This document shows, one piece after another, positions 37,645 through 45,865 of a stretch of 64,000 nt of DNA. Made by a program: the position numbers and the translations under genes. The notes beneath the pieces were generated by a model. The model had not been told where the DNA came from, did not search any database, and was given only the letters and a program-made list of their open reading frames with translations. The first letter of the stretch is position 1. Every line of letters starts with the position of its first letter. The DNA is from Candidatus Obscuribacteraceae bacterium. GTDB taxonomy: Bacteria > Cyanobacteriota > Vampirovibrionia > Obscuribacterales > Obscuribacteraceae. The DNA lies in contig JBGASG010000006.1 in assembly GCA_044229845.1 (NCBI GenBank), forward strand, positions 1 through 64,000. Reading direction: 5' to 3'.

Positions 37645-38718
37645 CTACTTGTCGTGGTGAATTTGGTCTTCGAGGTAGGGGCGCACTTGATTGGCAAAGG
37701 TCATGTCGACGTTGTCTTTGTAGGCGCCGTCGCCTTTGATGTCGCCGGTTTCTTGACGCAGTTTTATGGCTCGATCCCAGGCGGTTGGCGACAGCACCGG
37801 TGACTTGGGAATTGTGTTCTCGTCCAACATGCGTTTGAGTGCGGCGCTGAGGATTTTTTCGTCGACCTCCGGAAACTCCTGGTGTGCGATGGAGAGCGTG
37901 CCCTGGAAATCGTTGCGGATGTATTGCATGGCGCGGGAAAGCGCGTTGACGACTCGTTGAATCGTGTCGCCATTCTTTTCGCGATAAGCATCCGTGACCG
38001 TGAGACCGGTGATCGCGAAGTCACCGAACTGTTTCTGCAGTGACCACACGATGGTTGCACCTTGCCCGACAGCGATGGAGGCGGAGGGTTCGAGTTCCAT
38101 GGCGATGTCAGCCTGGTTGGCTTTGGCCATGGCGACAATGCTGCCCGTCGGTGCACCCTGGACAATCTTGGCATCGACAGGCTTGCCTTGATTTTGCAGG
38201 ACTTTCTTCATGACGGTGTAGCTCGTGGAGGGGGCTGTGAAAGTGGCTATGCGCAACCCCTTCAAGTCTTCAACCTTCTTGATCGGCTTCAGATCCTTGC
38301 GGAAAGTCACGCCCCAGAACGGCACCCCGTTAACGACCTGTGCCACCACTTTGCCGCCCTGTCCTCTCTCTCGCGCGATAGCCGCGAATGTCGGGTCAGA
38401 AACCCCAAACTGTGCGTTGCCGCTGGATACGGCAGCAAAGGTTTTTTCATCGCCGCCGGTCGAAACTAACTTCACCTCCAGCCCTTCATCTTTGAAGAAC
38501 CCCTTGTCTATCGCAACGTAGAGTGGCAAGTAAAGAAACAGGTGCCCGAACTGTGCAATCGTGATGGTTTGTAGCTTGCCAGGCGGAGCGTTGCCGCCAT
38601 CGGGACCACCGGCGCCGCCACCACCGCCACCAGCGCACCCTCCCAGTAGAAGTACCAGCGCCACTGCGCTGCAGAAGAGCGACATATATGATGGGTTTCT
38701 TCTCAATTTGCACTCCAT
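37645..38718 (-). CDS. ABC transporter substrate-binding lipoprotein (NMT1/SsuA-like)
   Basis: Lipobox LGGC; YLPLYVAIDKGFFKDEGLEV; DLKG..IA; start uncertain (38745/38718/38685). Confidence 0.88.
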   Translation of the reverse strand: MECKLRRNPSYMSLFCSAVALVLLLGGCAGGGGGGAGGPDGGNAPPGKLQTITIAQFGHLFLYLPLYVAIDKGFFKDEGLEVKLVSTGGDEKTFAAVSSGNAQFGVSDPTFAAIARERGQGGKVVAQVVNGVPFWGVTFRKDLKPIKKVEDLKGLRIATFTAPSTSYTVMKKVLQNQGKPVDAKIVQGAPTGSIVAMAKANQADIAMELEPSASIAVGQGATIVWSLQKQFGDFAITGLTVTDAYREKNGDTIQRVVNALSRAMQYIRNDFQGTLSIAHQEFPEVDEKILSAALKRMLDENTIPKSPVLSPTAWDRAIKLRQETGDIKGDGAYKDNVDMTFANQVRPYLEDQIHHDK

Positions 38719-38796
38719 TTTTTGCATCGATTGCGCACAAGGCACTATCCTATCCGCAAACTAGTTTGAGTACGAGTTTGCAGGTTAAATCATCTG

Positions 38797-39585
38797 GTGC
38801 GCGACAACGTCTACTTTATTCTCGTTAAGCCGGTCTATCTGGGTAACATCGGCTCGGTGGCGCGCGTCATGAAAAACTTCGGTTTCGCGCGGTTGCGTTT
38901 TGTCGAGCCACCCAAAGGATATAAAGATTCGGAAGCGAGACGCATGTCCGTTGGTGCATTTGATCTATTGAAAAACAGCGAAGTCTTTGAAAGCCTCAGC
39001 GACGCATTGCAGGATATCAGTTTCGCGATTGGCACGACCTCCGGGCAACAAAGGGACATGGTGCCAGTGCCATTCACCGCGATTGCCGGAGAGGCGGTTC
39101 GCACCGCCGGTAATGGCGCCAACAAAGTAGCAATTATTTTCGGAGATGAACGCAATGGGCTGGCGCGTGACGAACTTTTGCAATGCCACCAGGTGACAAC
39201 GATTCCTACGGATGCCGGGTTTCCAGCGCTGAACATGGCTCAGGCAGTTGCCATCTGCGCTTACGAACTGTCCGGAAAGTCAGGGTCCAGCGTGGATACC
39301 GCGAGCTTGAGTGCCGCAGACACAAGCAACACTGCACGCGAATCGGCGCCGACCGGACAGCAGAACGATCAGCTGTTCGAACAATTGGGAACTCTTTTAG
39401 ATGCAGTTGAGTTTTCCCGTACCTTCAACCGGGAAAAAGTATTACTCGAATTGCGAGGCTTTTACCAGAGAGCACAGCCGACATCGCGCGAGTATGATTT
39501 GTTGCGAGGCGCGCTTATCAAGATCCACCAGAAGCTAGTGGGCACAGCGCCGAAGCACGAGTCAGGCAAAGTTCACGAGCGATAG
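38797..39585 (+). CDS. trmJ: TrmJ/LasT family SPOUT RNA methyltransferase
   Basis: GNIGSVARVMKNFG, IIFGDERNGL, PALNMAQAV. Confidence 0.88.
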   Translation: MRDNVYFILVKPVYLGNIGSVARVMKNFGFARLRFVEPPKGYKDSEARRMSVGAFDLLKNSEVFESLSDALQDISFAIGTTSGQQRDMVPVPFTAIAGEAVRTAGNGANKVAIIFGDERNGLARDELLQCHQVTTIPTDAGFPALNMAQAVAICAYELSGKSGSSVDTASLSAADTSNTARESAPTGQQNDQLFEQLGTLLDAVEFSRTFNREKVLLELRGFYQRAQPTSREYDLLRGALIKIHQKLVGTAPKHESGKVHER

Positions 39586-39640
39586 AAGCGCTGGGAAGAA
39601 AACTCTAGCATATACAGGATACACACAAAGGTCAGCGGAT

Positions 39641-40525
39641 ATGAAACTTGGATCGACAAGAAACTTGCAATTGCTGGATCGGATAGCGATGGCGGCATGC
39701 GTGGCGGCGACAATGGTCTCGGTTGGTGCGCTGTTGACAGGTTGCAGCGAGCAAGGACAGCAGCGTGCCGAACGTGCGCAAGCGAGATGGGACGGGCAGT
39801 CCGCACTTCAACAACATGACTATCCAAAGGCGATCGAAGCGTTCACTCATTTGATCGAACAAAATCCCAAGCGCGGCGAATACTACCTGGGACGTGCGCA
39901 GGCATACATGGGCATGAGCGACTACGACAAGGCCATGGCTGATTGCAAAAAAGCCGAAGAGTTCAAGTTGCAGTCGAGCGATCTGCTGGGCAAGATAGAG
40001 CTTTGCCAGGGACATGCCGCTGAGGCAGCCGAACAATTCAGGAAGAAACTCGACAATGCGCCGGAAACACCAAATCTAGAGGACGCGGTGTACTGCGCAC
40101 TGGCTTACAAGCTCGCCGACAGGGATGCGGAGGCGGAAAAAATCGCTGACCGGGCGATGGCTAACTATGCCAAAGACAGTTATGTGGTGGCACACAAAAA
40201 CGACGACAACGCGCAGAAATATGTCTGGGAGAAGTGGCCGTATCCGGCACTGCAGTATTTGCGCGGACAGATCGACGGCGGCAAGATGGTTGCTACCGCC
40301 GCCGACAGCGAATGGGATTTGCCTGAAGCACACTGCGTGTCCGGCATGAATCTGGTAGCGAAAGCGCCCAAGGATGCCGCCGACAAGACGACGCCCGACG
40401 ACGGTCCGACCGACAACGCTGCAGCAATTAAAGAACTCAACTTCGTGCTCGAGCACTCCACGCCCGATCGATTTATCAATCAATTGGCTAAGGCTCAACT
40501 GGCACGCATGCAATCGGGACATTAA
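39641..40525 (+). CDS. TPR lipoprotein (NlpI-like)
   Basis: Lipobox LTGC; TPRs (YYLGRAQAY...A.AD); WPYP.LQYL.G. Confidence 0.75.
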   Translation: MKLGSTRNLQLLDRIAMAACVAATMVSVGALLTGCSEQGQQRAERAQARWDGQSALQQHDYPKAIEAFTHLIEQNPKRGEYYLGRAQAYMGMSDYDKAMADCKKAEEFKLQSSDLLGKIELCQGHAAEAAEQFRKKLDNAPETPNLEDAVYCALAYKLADRDAEAEKIADRAMANYAKDSYVVAHKNDDNAQKYVWEKWPYPALQYLRGQIDGGKMVATAADSEWDLPEAHCVSGMNLVAKAPKDAADKTTPDDGPTDNAAAIKELNFVLEHSTPDRFINQLAKAQLARMQSGH

Positions 40526-41172
40526 TCGACTTGAGCGCGAGAGGCTGGAAGAAGCAGCGTTCGTTTTGCTTCCTGCCGAGACGCTAACTGTCCAATGATC
40601 ATTACAAGCAGAACACTGGTGGCCAGCGAGAAAGCTTCTAAAGCCATCGCCAAATGCTCGTTTGGCAAAAACGCTGAAACCAGAAACAACAGAATCTGCA
40701 CCACAAGGCTCACCCAATAGCCCATGATGACAGGACTTGGTGGCGCGGACCGCCAGGATGCGTCGTCGAGATAATTAGGATCACTGGCTTTCCAGACTTC
40801 CTGCATCACCAACATCGGCATGAATAAGTCGAGCACCGGAATGATGAATGAGAAGGCCTGCCAATCCCTCGCTTTGGCTGTGGAAACATTGAGGCTGTGC
40901 AAGTTTCGAATGCCCCTGCGCAGCCAGACAATCAAAAATCCCATCGCCAATAATGTAAGAGGCAAGGCGAGGATTACACAAAGGTTTCCTAAAATGTTGA
41001 GCAGTGCACCGAGATTTTTCAATTCGCTCGCGCCGAGCTCCACCCCTGCCACGTTGAGGATAGAACCAACGATATTCATTACCAGAGAAACGACGAGCGA
41101 CACCTGCGCCACCCGCCCCACTCCCTTGAGCGGTCTGTACTCGTCCACTGCAACGCTTGTCAGCTCCGGCAT
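40522..41172 (-). CDS. DUF4328-like membrane protein
   Basis: Start reassigned to MPELTS (ATG 41172); WLRR..RN, FIIP..LF.P...MQEVWKAS, final Q motif. Confidence 0.75.
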   Translation of the reverse strand: MPELTSVAVDEYRPLKGVGRVAQVSLVVSLVMNIVGSILNVAGVELGASELKNLGALLNILGNLCVILALPLTLLAMGFLIVWLRRGIRNLHSLNVSTAKARDWQAFSFIIPVLDLFMPMLVMQEVWKASDPNYLDDASWRSAPPSPVIMGYWVSLVVQILLFLVSAFLPNEHLAMALEAFSLATSVLLVMIIGQLASRQEAKRTLLLPASRAQVD

Positions 41173-41236
41173 TTCGCCCCCCAACCCGTCGCCTCTAGTG
41201 TAACAGCAAACACCGCAGGCGTTCGCAGGACTCAGG

Positions 41237-42022
41237 CTATGACTTCCATTTGATGCTGTCGAGAGTTTCGTTAAACTCTCGGACATGCTGATGCAGCTTG
41301 CCGGGCGCCGTTGACAGAAAGACCTGTTCGACTCGGGAGCCGGTGCCATCGGTATCGGCGAAAATGCCTTTGTATTGCCGCGTAACAGCTCGGCCTTGTG
41401 CGTCGGTTTTGTCGCCGTCCTTGAAATTGCCTTCGACAGCGAGCACGGTCTTGCCATTCAGTTGCATCGTGTACGCACTCGTGATTTCAAATGCCGGCGG
41501 GCGATACTTCCCACTATTCGTATATTGATTGTCGCCGGCTTGATAGCGCCCCATAATCTCCGACAGCGAGCGAATCTCGTCGGCAGTCAATCTCTGCGGT
41601 CCGTCCTCGGCAGGCTTGTTCTTCAGTATGTTGAGAAACGCCTTCGCAGACTCAGAACCGGCGCGCAGCCCGTTGCTGTAGATGCCAATGGTGGTCGCAT
41701 TATCGCCAGGCGGACTGAAAGTTTCGTTGCTGCTCAAACCAATCGAGCCGAACGATGCTTCGCGCTGCCTCCAGCCACTGGGCAGATCAATATCGCTAAT
41801 CGGTCCGCGGTCGATGCCACCGCTGGTGCCACTACCAGACTGTCCCGCATACATGAGGCGGAAGTATGTCATGGCAGCATTGTCACCCCACACCGACTGG
41901 GCCACATCAGTTTGCTGCGCGCCCGCGTCCGACACTTCGGCTGGGTGAGACAGGCGCCCGGTGTAATGTTCCAGTTCGCCTGCTGGATTTGATTTAGAAG
42001 ACTGTGTGTTATCACCGGCCAT
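41237..42022 (-). CDS. Array protein A1: uncharacterised, PsbP/Mog1/DcrB-like C-terminal domain
   Basis: Paralogue of 45083-45805 and 48810-49628 (DRGPI..I.LP.GW, GDNQYTN.G.YR.P.F, NG.TV..VEG.F, FAD.DG.G..V.QV, SI.WK). Confidence 0.8.
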   Translation of the reverse strand: MAGDNTQSSKSNPAGELEHYTGRLSHPAEVSDAGAQQTDVAQSVWGDNAAMTYFRLMYAGQSGSGTSGGIDRGPISDIDLPSGWRQREASFGSIGLSSNETFSPPGDNATTIGIYSNGLRAGSESAKAFLNILKNKPAEDGPQRLTADEIRSLSEIMGRYQAGDNQYTNSGKYRPPAFEITSAYTMQLNGKTVLAVEGNFKDGDKTDAQGRAVTRQYKGIFADTDGTGSRVEQVFLSTAPGKLHQHVREFNETLDSIKWKS

Positions 42023-42094
42023 TATTATTCCTTCCTGTTTTAGTGGATTGAGCTGACGACTGAGTGTTTCTTGAATGCCTTATTTATGCCTTTT

Positions 42095-44692
42095 TTAGTT
42101 GTATGTGGCACGGTACATGTCATTGACGCTCACCCAGTGATCTGAGTCGTCGCCCCAGGTGTTATCGATCAACACCTGCCCGGTGACCGGATTGTAATCA
42201 TCGATGACAACTACGTGATTCATGTTGTGTCCCTTCGTTCCGGGCAGTGAATTGCCGCCGAACACGGGGTCACCCGCCGCTACATATATGATGATCGGCA
42301 TGCGTCCTTCCGCTTTGGCCTTCTCCAGTTGCTCACGGAACTCCTGCTCGTTCTCGAATGTGGTGCCCTTGCCGCCGAGATCGCCATACTTCCCGTTAAT
42401 GAAGAATGCAGACTGATCAGGGTTGAGGCGTTGAGTTTCTTCGGCGATGGCTTCGCAGCCCCAGCCATGGAAACCCATGGGAATCGGGTTGCCGTCCTTG
42501 TCTTTATCGGGTAGCGGGTTGCCGTCGGCGTCGGTCCAGAATTCGCCGGTCGAGTTTTGCCCATCCGGTTGCAATTGAGCGTAGTACTTGGGCGGGTGTT
42601 GCCGGCTGCCCCAGTCACTGATGGCTGTCGCCTGGAAGATCTGCGATGCGAACAAGCGCTCGTTGGAGTTGGTGCTGTCGTACGAACCTTCTTGTGGAAT
42701 GAAGTTTTGCGGCGGAATGGTGACCTTGTGCCCGTCGGGAGAGGTCCACTCGCCCGTGAGCGCCATGTCGGACACCATCTCAGCGGCAGCAGCCGGATTG
42801 CGCATCCAGGTAACGACCTCCACGTCGGTGACGTTGCAGGTCAGGTGGTAGCCCTGGTCGATGCTCGACGGATCGGCGGCGAATGCCATCATCTGTTTGG
42901 CCAGCACTTTGCGCAGGGTGCCGTCTACTTTGCCGTCGGTGGCGGTGAGCAGTTTATCAATGGCGCCCAATGTGCGCGCCACTTCTTCAGGGCTCATGCC
43001 GGCTTGTTCGGCGCGCTGCAAGAACGTGTTCAGGTTGTTGAGGAACTCCTGGCGCTCTTTCTCAGGCAGATTGCGGGCGGCGTCGTCCATGAGGCGAGCG
43101 GCTTCCAGACCTTGAACGGCTTCGCCAACTTGATCCCAGCCGAACTTTTCGACCAGATCATCGGTCAGGCGCGAACCATACTCCTTCTCGTACATCTGTT
43201 GCAGAGCGACGCGGTCGGCGGGGCTCATGTTTTTCAGTTCGTCGTTAATCTTGTCGCCGAACCCGCCAGACACCCAGTCAGGAAATTTGTCGCCATCGTG
43301 AATGGCTTTCATTATCTCCTGGAGCTGCTCTTCGGTCCGCGCTGTCACAGAAGTGGTGCCATCGGTATTCTCGATGACGATATGTCCATCTTTGTCGGTG
43401 TACTGCAGCCGTCCATCTTTATCCAGTTGAACGTTGGTCAGCTTGTTGCCGTCATTGTCGGTCCAGTCTCCGTTGCCGTCGCGCGTGAATGTGTTGCCTT
43501 TCTCCGTAATCTTGTTCAGTTCGCCGTTGGCATCGTATTCGTAGCTACGCCTCGTGCGTCCGTCGGCGCTGACATAACTGGTTACCTGTCCATCGGCATT
43601 GAACTCATTCTTCGAACCATTGGCGTTGGTAACAGCCTGAGTGCGGTCCGGACGTTTTTCGATTTTTTCGCCGGTTTCCGGATTTGTGTAGGAGATCACA
43701 CCCTTGTCGCTGACGGATACATCGGTGATGGGTGCCGGCTGACCATCGGCTGTGGTCCATTTGCCGTCTTTGAGAAAATAGGCATGCCCGTTGTCGTTGA
43801 AACTGTTTAGATTGCCGTCCTCGTCATAGCCGAACGCACTCGCATCTCCCCTTCCGGTGACAACGCTAACCACGCGTCCTTCACTGTCAAGACTGACCAG
43901 CGAACCGTCCCTGGAGCTGTGAATTTGCGAGTTGCCGTTTGAAAAATAACTGTATTCGTGTCCGTCGCTGGTCTGGTAAGTGAAGGTGCCATCGGCATTG
44001 ACTTGCGGATCAATAATGTCGGGACCGCCCTTGCCGAATATACCCGGAGGGATCTTAATACCACCATCAGTGGTATCGCCGGGATTATTGTTGGTGCCGT
44101 CACCATGCGGCTTGGCGTCGTTGTCTATTTTGCTACCGGGCTTCGGTGGTCCGGGAATCGGCTTGTTATTGTCGTTCTTGGCGTATTGCCATTTGCCGTC
44201 CTTGAGTTCGAGAACGGTGCCATCAGGCTGCTCGATGCGATTGAGTTTGCCGTCTTCGCCATAACCAAACTTGCGGGACGTGCCGTCCGGATAATCGACT
44301 TCGACTACCCGTCCCTGGTCATCCTTGGTCACCTTGCCGTTAGGACCGACGTCCGACTGCTGTTGCTGCTCAATACGCCGATCAGAGAGTTCTTTCAGCT
44401 TTTCCTGAAGCGTCTCTTGATCGTCTTTATTCCTGTCGTTGTTTATCTCATTTTGCCTGCCATCAAACGTGATCGACCCATCGGCGTCCACATCAGCGTG
44501 CGACAACGGACCAGGCGGCGGTGCCACCACTTCCAAATTGTCGGCGCTGGAGCCATACCGCAGAGCACCGCTGGTCGTACCGGAGGTTTGCTTTTTGGCA
44601 TCAAAGTCATCGTACAGTGCCTTAATATCGAAGGTCGGCGCCGCATTGTTGTTTTGCGTTTGCGCTTGCGTATCGGTGGTTTCTGGAGGCAT
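42095..44692 (-). CDS. Array protein B1: YD-like repeats + annexin-like repeat + papain-like cysteine protease domain (865 aa)
   Basis: AAGGAG RBS before ATG 44692; YD-like units (DDQGRVVEVDYPDGTSRKFGY); DRVALQQMYEKEYGSRLTDDL; IDQGYHLTC...NHVVVI.DY...IDNTWG. Confidence 0.85.
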   Translation of the reverse strand: MPPETTDTQAQTQNNNAAPTFDIKALYDDFDAKKQTSGTTSGALRYGSSADNLEVVAPPPGPLSHADVDADGSITFDGRQNEINNDRNKDDQETLQEKLKELSDRRIEQQQQSDVGPNGKVTKDDQGRVVEVDYPDGTSRKFGYGEDGKLNRIEQPDGTVLELKDGKWQYAKNDNNKPIPGPPKPGSKIDNDAKPHGDGTNNNPGDTTDGGIKIPPGIFGKGGPDIIDPQVNADGTFTYQTSDGHEYSYFSNGNSQIHSSRDGSLVSLDSEGRVVSVVTGRGDASAFGYDEDGNLNSFNDNGHAYFLKDGKWTTADGQPAPITDVSVSDKGVISYTNPETGEKIEKRPDRTQAVTNANGSKNEFNADGQVTSYVSADGRTRRSYEYDANGELNKITEKGNTFTRDGNGDWTDNDGNKLTNVQLDKDGRLQYTDKDGHIVIENTDGTTSVTARTEEQLQEIMKAIHDGDKFPDWVSGGFGDKINDELKNMSPADRVALQQMYEKEYGSRLTDDLVEKFGWDQVGEAVQGLEAARLMDDAARNLPEKERQEFLNNLNTFLQRAEQAGMSPEEVARTLGAIDKLLTATDGKVDGTLRKVLAKQMMAFAADPSSIDQGYHLTCNVTDVEVVTWMRNPAAAAEMVSDMALTGEWTSPDGHKVTIPPQNFIPQEGSYDSTNSNERLFASQIFQATAISDWGSRQHPPKYYAQLQPDGQNSTGEFWTDADGNPLPDKDKDGNPIPMGFHGWGCEAIAEETQRLNPDQSAFFINGKYGDLGGKGTTFENEQEFREQLEKAKAEGRMPIIIYVAAGDPVFGGNSLPGTKGHNMNHVVVIDDYNPVTGQVLIDNTWGDDSDHWVSVNDMYRATYN

Positions 44693-44887
44693 GGTAAAAA
44701 GCTCCTTGCGAGGCGATGTTGGCGGCGCGGCAATTCGAGGTTGCATCGCGCGCAACGAACACTGCGCACCACGTAAGGTGGTGGTGGATGTTTTACGAGG
44801 AAGGGGTCAGATGGATGGTCGCCGCTTCCAGAGGAAGCTGGCTCGATTGAGTATGTGCAGATCGGTGGTAATACGTCGGGTACGATT

Positions 44888-44931
44888 AAGATAGCAAAGT
44901 GCGCCGCCTTTGTCGGTGCGCTATTACGCAC
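44888..44931 (-). promoter_or_regulatory. Promoter P1 of B1-A1 with palindromic site abutting -35
   Basis: Minus strand: GTGCGTAATAGCGCAC, whose last C starts CCGACA; 17 nt; TATCTT with extended TGn. Confidence 0.75.
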
Positions 44932-45082
44932 ACCTGCCCGCAGCGCTAACATTGCCTGGGAGTGCCTGATCGGCCAAGCGATCAAATCCACCGTTTCAGC
45001 AATACGACTGATCGCTTACAACACTTTAGTTGAAATCTACAAGGGCTGATCGACCACCCCAACCGGGAAAATGATCTCCAGC

Positions 45083-45805
45083 CTACTTTTTCCAGACAAT
45101 ACTATTGATAGTGTCGATGAAATCTTTAGAGCGGTTGGCCATTTGCCCGGGAGCCGTAGACATGAAGACCTGCTCCACGCGCTGTCCGCTGCCGTCGCTG
45201 TCGGCGAAGATGCCGACGAAGTCCCGCAAAGCGTTACCGCGCGCGTCGCGGAAGCTGCCCTCCACTGCCACGACGGTGCGCCCATTCACTTGCATGGTGA
45301 TGGCATTGCGCATGTCGAAAGCAGGCGCGCGATACTGTCCCGAATTGGTGTACTGATTGTCACCGGCCTGATACCGTCCCATCACTTGCGAGAGCGATCG
45401 AATCTCGTCGGGAGAAAGAGGCTGCGCGCCGTCGTTTGCCGGTTTCTGCGCCAGAACGTCACGAAACGCTCGCGCGGCATCCTCACCCACCGGCAGGCCG
45501 CCATAGAAGATGCCCAGCTTGGTGGTGGCATCGCCCGCGGGGCTGAACACCTCGTTGCTGCTCTGTCCGATGGCGCCGTATGACTGCTCGCCCTGCGTCC
45601 AGCCGGAAGGCAATGTTATGTCGGCAATCGGTCCGCGGTCGACGCCAGCGCTGCTGTTTCGTGCATATAGAGCGTCGATAGCCGTGCCTGGCGCCCAAGT
45701 GTTCTGAGCAATTTCGGTGGTCGAGTCGTTCTGGCTTGCTGAAGGCAGGCGTCCAGTGAAATGTTCTACTGGAGTTCTCTCGGCTGCATCTGCTGTTCCT
45801 GCCAT
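45083..45805 (-). CDS. Array protein A2: PsbP/Mog1/DcrB-like paralogue
   Basis: Same motifs as A1; shares N-terminal EH(F/Y)TGRL with A1; 60 nt downstream of B2. Confidence 0.8.
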   Translation of the reverse strand: MAGTADAAERTPVEHFTGRLPSASQNDSTTEIAQNTWAPGTAIDALYARNSSAGVDRGPIADITLPSGWTQGEQSYGAIGQSSNEVFSPAGDATTKLGIFYGGLPVGEDAARAFRDVLAQKPANDGAQPLSPDEIRSLSQVMGRYQAGDNQYTNSGQYRAPAFDMRNAITMQVNGRTVVAVEGSFRDARGNALRDFVGIFADSDGSGQRVEQVFMSTAPGQMANRSKDFIDTINSIVWKK

Positions 45806-45865
45806 TGTGGTGCCCTCTCGGCGTGGTTAAAGTGGTGGCGCTGTTGTCGCAAGTGCTAACGGAGT

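Noticed and set aside
42557..43810. 417-aa plus-strand ORF, and similar long antisense ORFs such as 3349-4305, 47522-48283 and 56927-57844
   Set aside because: They shadow well-supported genes on the opposite strand, have no recognisable motifs, and are expected from codon bias in GC-rich DNA
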